Source: Tricharina praecox (taxonomy: Eukaryota). Taken from it: a DNA stretch of 64,000 nt. The stretch is from positions 1 to 64,000 of the forward strand of contig NW_026250439.1 in assembly GCF_024521635.1 (NCBI RefSeq), written 5' to 3'. The stretch's first letter is position 1, and each line of letters begins with the position of its first letter. A program made the position numbers and the translations under genes. Positions 10,405 through 22,564 of the stretch are shown here, piece by piece. A model generated the notes under the pieces. That model saw only the letters and a list, made by a program, of their open reading frames with translations, had not been told where the DNA came from and made no database searches.

Positions 10405-12753
10405 GTCGACGGTATGAGATGGAGGAGGTGGCAAGCAAAAGAATAATGATTCAATCCACATATATTCGTACGGTCCGCTGTGCGCAATGTCGCCGCCAGT
10501 CAGGTGTCTACCATGACAAAATGGAATCGATACCCGGCCCGACGATACCACCAAATCACACTCATGGCAATTTCTAACTCAACAAGACAATAGAAAGCTT
10601 GGTATATCAGCCCTTCGCTTCCAGAAAGGCAGTCACTCTCCGTGGAATCGGCTTCCTCGATCTCCTCCCTCCGCGTCTCGGTGAGGGCATCTGCTAGGCA
10701 GGGTTCTTCAAGTTCTCACTCTGGCCGGGCCTCCGCCGGGTGTCTTGTGAGTTTCTCGTAATATTTCATGCATTCTTTCCTTCAGCTTCTTCCCAATGTG
10801 TTCGATTGGGTTCGTGCTATCATGTGAGTTGACGGGCCAGGTCACGTCCTTAGTGATCAATCATCAATGTAGTTCTCCCGACGATCGGACGAATCTCGTG
10901 GGTGCGGCGGGTTTTGTAGCGCGCGAGAAACGCGTGAATTGTGGACTGTGGACTTGGGATGGGTTAGACTTTAAAGATTTGGATATTTGGGATAGCGGGA
11001 GATTTTGTGATGGAAAGCGAGGATCCGGAACTTCTACAGGAAGGACAGGTGGCCAGACGTGGTGAAGGACTTCATCGTGGTGGGGGTGATGGTGATGGTG
11101 GTGCTGCTGCTGCTGGTGCGAGACATCATCGTCGTGGTGGTGGTGAGCGCGGTTGGAAGGAGTGGGTGTTGCAGTGGCGGGGGAGGCGCCGGTGAGGCTG
11201 AGTACCCAATCCTGTTTGTTCTGGCCGAATGGCGAACCGTCAGCTATCATCTGAATACATGTATATAGAGAACCCACTTCTGAGATGAGAAGAATAATAA
11301 TTAAGACTTTCTTTCTTCATATTCCTACATTTCACAGATCTGGTGGCAGACATACAGAATGAGGCGGACACATCGAGCGAGTAGAAGCCTCCATGGAGCT
11401 CAACTACGATGACGGCACGCTCAGGGGCAGTGCGCTGGCGAATTACGTCCGGGAAGCCATGGAAATCGCTGGGTTCATTCTTCATACCGATGATGTGCCG
11501 GAGACGTTCGGCAAGGATGCCAGATTCGTCGGTGTCGAGGTGCACAACAATGAAGCAACGTTAGGCGTCGGATTTAACTTTTCGCGCTAGTCAGCACTAG
11601 GGGCGGGAAGATCACTTTCTATACCACTCTTGTTGCCGATATCTATCATAGTATCTTCTATCAGAAGATCATTCGGCCAGAAAAGAGTTCTAAGCTCAAC
11701 GATTAGATTATCCGATAGAACACAGATATCGACTCGATGAGTACGCTACATTGTACCTATTGCGTCGTCGGTCTCCGCTGCGTCTACTGGATTAGGATCA
11801 AGGGGACATCATCTTCGCCCATCCTTTTGTCCGTCGTCCACCTTCGGCACTGGCACTGGCGCCTGGTATGCTAGTAACTACGTGAACGGCTTAGACGGAC
11901 GATGTTTTCCCCGGCACTCGTTGCCGACTAAGTAGCACGGTGCGTACCGGTCAGCAAGCGCTGTCAACACTGCGGAAGTGCTAGCAGGGATGGAAGGAAA
12001 AGTTATTCCAGTTCCTACGTCAAGATGCAGCGTAGGCACTTTAGGTAAGGCGAACCTTGAGCAACCCGGCACTAAGCGTCGGCACTCGGCAGTCAACCGA
12101 CCGGTCCGTTTTGGACCCAGCACGAATGTACTCAGATTATATCTGCGTTCCCTCACAGGACTCTATCAATATCATTTGTATTACACCCCATCACTGTACG
12201 GTAATCACAGTTGTGGTTGAATGACAACCGGTGATGCCGGGATTTTCCTTGATCTCCTTGGGGTTATTTCAACTTCACATTCGGCAACGACTCTCGACAC
12301 ACACGTGCGATCACCAGAGGCCCGGTCGTTGGGAGGAAGATTCTCTACAAGCGCCTAATCCTCCTCACAGGGAACATTCTAGAGCATCATCTCTGTGTTT
12401 AGTCAACAATCGATATGTAGTCTTTCATGCAACTTTACCAAGATCTATAGCTCAGAACTCTCACTTCCGTACAGAGCCGAAGAACATACACAACTCCAAG
12501 AAGCGGTGGTTGGAAAGACCTCCGGCCAATTTGCGCGCGCTGTGATGCCTCTAGCTTCTGCAAAGGAACGGTGATTATCGAGCCCTGCTTTTGACCCGGC
12601 ATCTGGAGGCAACCAGTAACAAAACTGCGCGCCCCGAGATGAGCCGGAGATGGGCGGGATTTTAGCTTGAGCTACGCCTTTAGCTTCATCTACAGCTCTA
12701 GCTTGATCCACAACTTTAGCTTGATCTTCACCTAGGTACCTACGCTATATCTT

Positions 12754-12795
12754 CTGTCGGCGCAGTCTGTCGGCACCGAAAGACTGCGCCGACAG
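12754..12795. promoter_or_regulatory. Near-perfect 42-bp palindrome just upstream of a TATA box
   Basis: CTGTCGGCGCAGTCT (12754-12768) and AGACTGCGCCGACAG (12781-12795) are perfect arms, with an inner TCGG/CCGA pair. TATAAA at about 12812. The structure is certain; a regulatory role is inferred. Confidence 0.55.
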
Positions 12796-12935
12796 CCCTC
12801 AAAGAAGGGATATAAAGACACCTCCTGTATCGGTTACTTATCCTCACAAACCACCACTGCAGACCTCCTCGAAGAAAACACCGCGACTAATCACCACCAC
12901 CACGACTACCAGCACCACCTCACTCTCCCCAAGCC

Positions 12936-13405
12936 ATGAAGCTCCTCTCCATCGCTGCCGCAGCTGCCATCCTCACGGTCGCCTCGGCCGCACCCCCCAC
13001 CCTCAGCGCTCGCGCCGGCAACAGTGCCACCTGCAAGTACACCGATTCCTCGGCGTCGTTCACGCTTCTCGACTTAAGGTTCGAGCTTCGGGGGCGTGGG
13101 TCAACGACTGGGGCAAAGGGTTCCTGGACAACCTGCACGGGCGGTGCCGGAAGATCACGAACTGGACTTTCGACTACCCCAACGGCGTTGGCAGAGCCAG
13201 GTTCGCCGCATCGAGTCTGCTCAAGGCGGGTTGCGTCGAGGATGCTATCTGGCTCGCGAGCAAGCCTACTGGCGCTATTAGAGGCGTGTCGTGCTCTTAC
13301 CAGAATCCACAAGCTTCCTTCCCTAACAACACAGCGATACCACGTTCTATGCTACTAATAAGACATTCGCTTGTAAGCAGCTTGAAGAACCCTGAATGCT
13401 GGTAG
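12936..13405 (+). pseudogene. Small secreted Cys-containing protein with a single frameshift in a G-run near 13090 (pseudogene or sequencing error)
   Basis: Signal peptide MKLLSIAAAAAILTVASA. After ...FELRG the alternative frame reads AWVNDWGKGFLDNLHGRCRKITNWTFDYPNGVGRARFAASSLLKAGCVEDAIWLASKPTGAIRGVSC...PECW*. The G-x-G-x-LDNL-x-G-x-C...CVEDAI pattern is one I recall from fungal small secreted proteins. TATA box upstream. Confidence 0.7.
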
Positions 13406-13989
13406 AAGTATTCAGTCCTCTGCCGTAACTTTTAGAACGACGGGATCATGAATTCTAACGCTCATCTGGACAGAAGTAGAAAACCGTCCTCCACTTTTGA
13501 AGCGGGCCGCGGCGACGAAAGCACGGAGGATTTTTTGCGAGCAGTGTAGATTTCCATCTGGGGATGAAGATCGTGATGAACAGTAGTAGTAGGGTAGTGG
13601 CAGGAAGATTTTTGTGCTGTTACGGGCCTGGATATCGCTATCGTGGTAGGTGATACGAAATTGTGCGATGAAGTTCCATCCGTACGAGGACCCCACCGAC
13701 TGGGATAGTTTCCGCTCACGTTGTCGTTTCTAAGTAATTTAGCTATTATCTACCCTGATAGTAGCTGACTTTCGTGGTAGTTCCTACGTTTCCTCATAAG
13801 GCCACCTCGCCCCCTACTTCCATAGCGTCCCCCGCTATTTGGTAGGCAACGTTCCCCGAAGTTCACTGTTCTGTAGGTACTGCACATGGATACGACGGTA
13901 TTCATCTACGCACAAGAAAAAGGTGATTCTTGGTCCACATTTTGCAGTGATGGCCCACCAAATCTCCCTCGGCTAGTACGCAGCGCCGC

Positions 13990-14330
13990 TAGACCTGAGC
14001 GACTCCGACAACTCCGGCTTGGTTGTCTCCTACTGCCGATACCTCCGGAGATACAGTACAAAATGTACACAAGATCAACAAGGGTTACCAGCATCTTCGG
14101 TCGGTGTAGAGGTTCGACGCCCCTGTTGTTGCCAGTTGGCAAACTGCAATGCGTGTTCAGCTGCTTTTCTGACGCCGTGGAGTTCTATGTCGTACACTCC
14201 AACTTGCGTGCCTGGGGGGAATGTACCTGGTATCTTCCGTGGAAGGGGGCGGCTGGGTTATTGACGGAGAGGTAGGCTGCACTAGCTTTGTCGTCAGGAT
14301 CGATTCATCGGTCAAGTAGTAGGTTTCGGG
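13990..14330 (-). mobile_element. Degenerate RNase H fragment of a LINE-type retroelement
   Basis: Minus-strand pieces in the expected order: YYLTDES, SAAYL, GVYDIELHGVRKAAEHAL, GDNQAG. These echo the TDGS / DAELxA / DNQAA acidic motifs of LINE RNase H; several frameshifts. Confidence 0.45.
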
Positions 14331-17196
14331 CTTTGTCAGTTGCTGCTCCGATCAAATTCGTGACAAAGGCTTCCATCACCGGCGGATAGTCTTCTGTGAG
14401 GTACTACCCGATTTTTGAAGCTTCCCCGATACCACTTATAAGGGAATGAGAGGATCATGGTCAGTCGTGCGCAGAAAGGCTTGGTTGGAAGTGCTATTCC
14501 ATCTTCACCATCTCCACTGGTCCTCTGTGCTGAGGCTCAGTTCATACACAACGTACCTCGGTTAACGAAATACGTCTTCTGCCACCCTCACTATGTCCCT
14601 GTGATGAAGTCCGAGTTCTCTGCCCAACCATCTGTCTGCTTCGAGTTTCCGCTACCATATGGAAGGCCAGCTTTTGGACACAGTCCCTCACATATCGGCC
14701 CTTATTACCAATAGACTACATACAAATATCCGTCATTGAATATCCTGCGAATGCATGCTTTATCGGTTGGGGGAAATTGTAGTAGTTGTACGTCAAAAAG
14801 CACTAGTTAGTAGGGAACGTACCGGTATTTCTCCACACACCGGGCCGCATCTCCTTCAGAACACAGCAGCACTACCATGTGGCAGATTGCCGCGCAGTAG
14901 TCCAGCAGCATATCCGCTGCAGAGTTGCGGAGTGATTCCCGAGATCAGGACCGGCAGATGTGACGCACGGTGGCGACTGACCGCGGGCAAGCCGAAACGA
15001 AACGGCGAAAGAAGACAGCGCGCATTGGACTCGCTGCCGGCCACTACTACCTACTGGATAATTAATTTATGCAGACACTGTATATAAGCGAACTTTCCCC
15101 TCCACGTTCCTCATCATGCGCGGTTCACTTGGGTTCGATGAACCGTGGGATATGTTGGCCCAATCGCACACACGACCAGGCGAGCCGGGGAGAAACCCCG
15201 TCTCCAATGCCCTGTGTGTATGCACACATGCGTGCTGCTCCCAATCGATACTGAACGGGGATGCCGATGGACGGGTGATTTTACCAACTGGTTAGCCCCT
15301 TTTATCGCTGTGGCTGGTATTTCGGCGGTAAGTAACTACATGTCGCGTATGTACTCTACATACCTGGCTGTGCGGAAAAGCTGCACTCTCGCCAAACGTC
15401 GTGTGCAAGGGGACCTTTCTCTGGACGTCAACCCTACTATGTAGTACTGCCGAAGGGGCCTGCTCTCGATGCTGCCAAGCGCAGGATCAACCAAGCTAAG
15501 TACTTACAGTAAGAAGAAGCGATACTTTTGCGATTCCTACATATCGGTACCAGCTGAAACCCCAGCAGATAGGTAGCAGATTTACCCGGTGTTTTGGCGG
15601 AGAATACTACCAGCGAACCACCCGAGTCCGGCGTCAGCCCGAGCTGTGATGAATTGTGTCCAAGCTTTGATGGATCCAGCACTGTGGCCTTTGACATCAG
15701 GATCGCACCTCCTTCTGCAGTAGCTGTATTTACATCTCTATCTTTCTTTTTTTCTTTCGTCCTCGTCGTTCGTTACTGCTACACGAGAGTACTTGCTACT
15801 TGCATGATTACTTGAAGTACGACTTACAGAAGTGCTTGGCTGGTCGCCATGCGGTGTGGACTCTTTTTTGTGGGTTAGGGTTCCCGGTGCTCACAACACC
15901 ATTATCATTGTTACCAGGTAGTACCTATTCACATCTCAGTACATCGGTAACTACTGTACGCACAGGCTGCGTGTCACCTTCCGCCTGTATCAACTTCGCC
16001 AACGCCGGTATCACCATATTGAGGTGTACTCGACGCCGACCTCTTGCGAGGACAAAATGCCTATTCCAGTATGTACGATCCCCATCATCCGCTCAATGTG
16101 TAGCATGTTACGCATAGTATGTTGAATTCATTGGAAGAAAAAAGACAACAGCGAGCGGTGAAGAAGAACTGGCAGTAGTGGAGATTATTCTGGCACGACG
16201 ACATGGTACTGCTCTGTGCCGGCGGAGTGCCACCTTGTTCAACAGACCCCACCACCGGCCGGAGTTAGTCAGTGAGTGCGAATCGATGCATTTGCAGGAG
16301 CCCTTCAGCATAGCTCGGACCGGAGGCTAGATGTAGCCAGTGTTGGGACTGAGGTCGCCATATCCGTAACCGATGCGCCATTCCTGCCGGTGCGTGAAGG
16401 TTGACGGTGATATGGCCACGCGACAGGATTAGTAGATGGTAGTGCAGAGCGCCGGGGAAGGAGGGGCAATGGGATACGGATAGATGGATGAGCGGCATGA
16501 AGTGTGATCCGTTTGGAAATACTCGGTACTGTACTTACGGTCTCAAGGGAGGGCAAGAATCGTGGAGTATTAGTACGGTCAGAAGACGTGGGTTTGGGGT
16601 CTTGATCCGATAATAGCAACATCATCCGTCCAGCAGAAAACCTAGTTTTTGGTTTACCTTTCCCTCGGACTACACTGCACGTACCCACCGAGGGAGTAAA
16701 CGTTACCCATCTGTACTTACACCTTTGCTGTCAGCAACTCGCTCTTCATTTGATCCGATGGAGCCGCTCCTCCTCACATGTCACATAACCCTCATTTTCC
16801 CACTTCCTTCCGCAGGATTTCCGAATCGTCAAGACTATGGAACACGCAGCAGGCAAAGGACTGCAACCGTGGACCTTCCCTCCTCGGATGAATGAGTGTT
16901 TCCTATGCCCGCGGCCCCCACCTGAGCGCATATTGAAAGTTGCAGATGGCCAGACGGCCAAGCCGATGGTTGTCGGCGTCTGCACCGGCTGAGTAGAGTA
17001 GGCAATATAGCGACCTCGTACGGACATTCCGCTGCATGATATATCACTATATACACCGCCAGCCCGTCTTGGGAGCTGTCCTGGAGGGGTATAAGTATCC
17101 AGCCACCTCGCGGCCAGAATCTGAATACTCCCCCTCATCAACATCAACAAACTCCTTCTTCTCTACTCCACAACACAGCCATATCCACGCCTCACA

Positions 17197-17595
17197 ATGC
17201 AGTCCTTCACCGCTCTCATCCTGCTCCTCCTCCCGTTGACGCTCGCCGTCCCCTCGCCGCAAGCCTCCTCGGCCCCGATCGTGCCGCCCAACCCGTGCAC
17301 GACCAAGTGCGTCACCACCTACAAGTGCCCAACCACCTGGCCCGACTCCTGCTACTGCTACAACAACGCGGTCGCGCTGTGCGCGAGGCAGTGCAAGCAG
17401 GAGCCCCTGCCGACCCCCAAGGACTGCACCGTCAAGCCCTCCGATTGCATGGTCAAGTGCGAGACCGTCTGGGAGTCGACATACAACTGCACCGCCATGC
17501 CGTTCCCCGATAGCTGCTACTGCAAGAATAAGGGCACCACCGTGTGTGCCGAGCAATGCAAGGAGAAGGCACCCGTTTTGCCCCTGTGCGCCTAG
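17197..17595 (+). CDS. Small secreted cysteine-rich protein (132 aa, 16 Cys, two tandem 8-Cys modules)
   Basis: Intronless ORF with strong C/G third-position bias, signal peptide MQSFTALILLLLPLTLA, TATAAG at about 17090, and repeated (W/F)PDSCYCxNxxxxxCAxQCK motif. Confidence 0.88.
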   Translation: MQSFTALILLLLPLTLAVPSPQASSAPIVPPNPCTTKCVTTYKCPTTWPDSCYCYNNAVALCARQCKQEPLPTPKDCTVKPSDCMVKCETVWESTYNCTAMPFPDSCYCKNKGTTVCAEQCKEKAPVLPLCA

Positions 17596-19936
17596 ATTTA
17601 GTCGCGGTTTCGGATGGGTTTTGTGGTGTGGTGGCGGTCGTCGTAGCCACTCCACCGGACATCTGGGAGGGATTGTGTGGTTGTTGGTCGGGTATGGGCG
17701 TGGTGGGAGGTTTTGGGGGACATTTGACTGCGGAAGTTGTGGGTATGAGGATGCTGGGAAAATATTATGTATAAGAAGCAATCGAAAAACACTTGGGTTG
17801 TCTCACTCTAGTCTATCCAATGGTGACGAAGTTGCTGCCGTTAGTTTTGTCGCTTGTGCTCAGTCCTCTATGACGGATTTCAAACAAACATTGTGTGGTG
17901 AAGATGTGAAAATACACTCTGTTTACACAGCAGTAACCATGCCGACTTAGAGAGCCTCTAAAGAAACGCTTCTGCTGTTATTGGCTACCCCGGAGTCACC
18001 TGACCGGAGAGCAAGCAGTAAGTGGGCGTCCCAATCGATGACCGATAGTGGTCATCAGAAGCCACCAGTAGACCACCAAGGCGTTGCGTTCAGCGGATCC
18101 TCGAGGTCAGCTATGCAAAACAATGGTAGTCCGATAGTCTTACCGATTTAATTCTATGCATAAGATTTTCCCACCGGTTTCGCCGTCGTTCGGGGCATGT
18201 ATTTATCGTCTTTTCGGCACTGGTTCCGCCCGGGCGACGCACTGGGATCGGGCCGGATTCTGGCGATGCAGTTGTGATAGACTCTTTGGGCTTATCATCA
18301 TCTCAGAGATCCGGTATGACGCTTGGAATCTAGCTAGGTAGCAGGTATGCGACTCCTAGGCCCACTCCAATTCGGTAGTGAATTCGCCTTCGTTTTGGCA
18401 TCACTCGGAATGCTGAGAGGTCCGTCCACTAGGCCAGCCGCGCGGTTAGATTAAAGATTAGATCCGTGGCTCTTGAAACAATAGGTAGTAAGTAATTGCA
18501 TAGCGATCGGTCGGCCGCGTGTTGTCTGTCACGATACGTGGTTAGGGTGATATCAAGATGAGAGATGGATAAGGTTGGAGTGATAGATCAGATGGGAGAT
18601 AGGCGATAAGGGGTGCAGGATCAGAAGGCGCAGAATACGCTAGAGCCAATCGGGCTAGCCTCATCTGGCTGGAGGAGCCATGACATGGCTCTCCGAGCAG
18701 TAGTAGAGGACAAGTGAAGTGCTTCTATCATGTTTCTCTCTATCTTTCGAGTGTCCGCCAGGAGCATATACCGAGTTCATCACCACTGCGGCTTCGACCA
18801 CTAACCTGTAAGTATTAATTCGCGTCGCGATAGACGACAGCGATGACGGAAAGACCCCAATATATGGGAGCTTCGCACGCAAACATCGCCATACTGGATA
18901 TATTTTGTAGTGTCAATGTGAATCAGCGATAACCCAAGTTGAACGCCGCTAGTGGAGAATCGATAGAGTACACTGTATGTACTGAGAGGCGCGAAGGAAG
19001 AGGCGGCCTGGTGTCATCAGTGAGCACCGGAGAGAGGAGACCTTGTTGGGACTAGGGGAGACCTGGTCGGACCTATGTGTTTTGGAGGTGGGACCCGATG
19101 CGGATCCGATGCGGTCTTTGAACTTTGAATTGTTTCTGTTGTCACTATTTCTGTTCTTCCTGTTCGTCGTTCGATCTTTAATTACACACCTCTTGTGCAT
19201 CATCATCGATCGAGAATTCTAGTGCACATCGATCACGTTTTTGCTCCTCACCTATTTTTTGCATCTCTCGGACTTCAGTACGTTGCTAGTAGTAGCTATG
19301 ACTTCGCGGTAAGGATCAGTAGTTGTGTCTTTGGACAGCCGTTCTTTATCTGCATGTATCTGGATTCTGTAGGTGCATCCAATAAGCTCCCGTACCAACT
19401 GTAAAGGATTTCGGTATCATTGGCCATGGCGTTGTCGGCGTGGATGCGAAATTGCAAGGGCTGCTTCGTGCTCGTGCATGACTGGAGCCACACAACTCGA
19501 GACAAATATGCAGGATCATGCCCAGCCGCACCCATCAAGACTCGCTCGAATGGTGTGAGGACGTCGGAGCATTTGGAAGGGGCAGTGGGGCGGCACATTG
19601 GGGGGGGGGGGATACTGGGGAATTATTGTCTGATAAATGTAGGCTTGCCACCCAGTCCATTCGGCGGCCAGTCCTTGCCGGTATCGAACAGACACACCCT
19701 CGAAGCTAGCAAAACATACAGACCACCGCGAGATGCATGCCGATCCCGAGACTCCCTCAGCAGCGCGACCGACAGCCCTGGCCACTTGCTCCGATTCATC
19801 ACCAACTCAGTGGCAGTCGCAGCAGAGGTTCGAAACCGAAATCGAAATTTGTAACCAGCCTGCTGGCCCCACCGCCAGCCGCAATCTGACCGGCAGCAGA
19901 ATTTTCGGCGGCCACCGCACATACCAGGCCGGATCC

Positions 19937-22564
19937 ATGAATAACGAGTTCAAAAGGCCGGTTTTCAATGGCAACCAGACCTTCATAGCTAGCGGGTATG
20001 TACTATCCCGCGTCCATGCCTGAAACGATGGCATCTCTATGGGATATTAGGCCCCGCTGATTGAAGCGATCCGGCAGATCAAATGGTATGGCAACCGGAA
20101 AAGGTCGGCTCGCAGGAATACGCCGTGATACGCCACTGACACTATGGCTAGGTTCCAGGAGGTCCGAGATCCTAGAGTGGATATCCGTAATCTCGTACAC
20201 GGATCACCACGGGCGTATCAGTGGTAGTCGGCTACATGGTACTAGTGAGTGGATCTTATGGAAGACGGAGTACCGCATGTGGATTTCATCAAACCTTTCG
20301 ATGTTGTTACTGCTGCGGGGAATTCGTAAGTCTGAGCCACCCTATTTCGTCGGGGGGTAACTGCTCGTCTTACTTGCTCATCTACTAGCTGGGGCCGGCA
20401 AAACATACATCCCATCGAGAGTCATCGATTCCCACCTTTCGAGCCAGACGTCCTAGAAGTTAGCCTACTTCTACTGCAATCGAGCCGAGGAAGATCGCCG
20501 GGATCCCGCGAGCATACTGAGCGCACTCGTCCAGCAGCTTGCCTGGCAGACGTCGAAAGATCAAGAACTCTTGAAACCGATCATCGATATCTAGGAAGAG
20601 CGAGAGAAATCTTGCCAAAAGTCCTCGCGGCTGCGCCTCGCCGAAAGTCAGGAGCTGCTCGTTAAACTCACAGATACATGTCCTGAAACGACTATATGCA
20701 TCGATGCCTTGGACGAAGTGGAATCCAAAGTCCGCTTACAATTACTGAAGTCGCTGAAGCATGTCATGGAAAAAACCAAGAACCGGGTCAAGATCTTTGC
20801 AACAACTCGGATGGACACCGACATTCTTGTGTAGTTTGAGATGTTTCCGCGGATCGAGTTACAGCCCGACGACAATGCCGCTGACATCAACCGGTTCATA
20901 CAGACGATTATTGAGGCTGCCATCAAAGATAAGAGACTACTTGACAGTGATATCTCGGATGAGGTTAAAGGCGAAATATGCGACGCTCTTCGGGAGCGAT
21001 CCAAGGGAATGTGAGTTCGTCGTGACTGCTTCAATGCTGAAGAGCAAGTGACTGACGGCATATCGCCAGGTTCCGACTAGGTGCGCTTCAGATTACCGTT
21101 CTCTGCGATATGTCCACTAAAAACGAAGTGAGACGCAGTCTGGGGTCCCTTCCGAAAATACTGGCCAACGCCTACGCCGAGATGTACGAGCGCATTCTCG
21201 GCCAGCAAGGTAGCGCTCCCCAACTAACACTCAGGGCGTTCCGGTGGATCCAATGCTCATACGAACTGAAACGAACCGAAACTTTGCTTGATGCGATCAT
21301 GGTCGACGTTGGCGGCTCGGGTGAATTCGCCCACGACGGCACGGTATGGGCAAAAATATTACTGAAAGCCTGCCAGAACTTCCTCATCATGGACGAACGT
21401 TCAAATGTGTTCCGATTCGCACATCTTTCCGCGGATGAATACCTCGAGACTCAGCTGCTCAAGGTCGATTCTCACACTGAGATCGCAAAAGTTTGTCTTT
21501 CACTGCTGACATCGGCGTCTTGGGACGACTATGACATGCATATCTCAACTCGGGAAGAGCGCTACAGTGACCGCCACCTGTTGTTGTACTCGACTGTCTT
21601 TTGACCGTGGAATTTTTTGGGTTGCGGGGACGCAACCAACAGTCACGTTCTAGCTAGCCTGTGGGATTCGTTCGTATCAGCAACTAACTATACGCGATGG
21701 CTCGAGTATCATCGCAGCTGTTTCATAACCGACTCCAACAAGTGCGTGGAATCCTTCTGGCTTCGATATGCGGCTCTGCGGAAAGGCGGCGACCATCTTC
21801 TTTCCTTGGTCTGTATTTTTGGGTTGCGATGGAAGTGCTCTACCGTAATGGAGTCTGCACTGGAGTCTCTGAGGTCTGCTCACGAAACCGGCACGGGCCG
21901 GTTTTTCTGTTTGTTTGGCTTACGACGGATATTCATCGGCGTATTCCAGCCCAAGTCCAAGCGGAATCGTGTTCGCATGAACCGGTTACTGCTCCACGCC
22001 TGCACGTTTGGAGACCTTGATATCGTCCAGCTGCTGCTTGACGGGGAAGCCGACGTCCCGGCCGCCAACTGTTGGATACGGACGCCATTGCACGAGGCCT
22101 CGTCGGAAGGGCATGGGGCAGTAGTGCGGCTGCTCATCGGCCGGAGAGCTGATGTCTCAGCTGTCGACACGGATGGGCACACGCCTCTGCACCTGGCCGT
22201 AATGCTCGAGAATGAAGTCGTGGCACGGCTGCTTATTGACCGCGAAGCAGAAGTACCTGCCGCGAACACGGACGTGTAGACGCCGCTGCACTATGCCGCA
22301 AGTGGAGGGCATGAGGCAATGTTGCGGATGCTCCTCGATCGGGGACCCGACGTCTCGGCCGCCAACTATCGAATGCAGACGCCATTGCACGAGGCCTCGT
22401 CAAAAGGGCATGAGGCAGTCGTGCGACGACTCATCGACCGGGGAGCCGACGTCACGGTCAGCGACCGACACTCAAAAACGCCGCTGCACCTAGCCTCAAA
22501 TCGGGGGCACCAGTCGGTAGCTCACCTGCTAGTCGACGCGGGGGGCAGACGTCACTGCTCTTGA
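19937..22564 (+). pseudogene. NLR-type NACHT (NPHP3_N-like) - ankyrin repeat gene, pseudogenised
   Basis: EILEWIS...RLHGTSEWIL; Walker A GIPGAGKT across intron 20326-20388; AYFYC; Walker B ICIDALDE; KIFATTR; GMF across intron 21011-21069; FRFAHLS; about 6 ankyrin repeats (TPLH) at 21980-22560. In-frame stops at 20454, 20592, 20832, 21602 and 22277. The true 5' end may lie further upstream (about 19600). Confidence 0.9.

Noticed and set aside
10864..11590. His/Thr-rich minus-strand ORF and the 65-aa plus-strand ORF MELNYDDG...
   Set aside because: No recognisable motif or coherent splice model; may be gene relics but cannot be supported.
12732..12795. Palindrome as a Helitron 3' hairpin
   Set aside because: The nearest CTAG is not followed by the expected T target base, and no Rep/helicase remnants were seen.
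20454..22279. A-to-I editing rescue of the NACHT-ankyrin gene
   Set aside because: At least five stops, several at positions where Tyr, Gln or Glu rather than Trp is expected; ordinary decay is more parsimonious.
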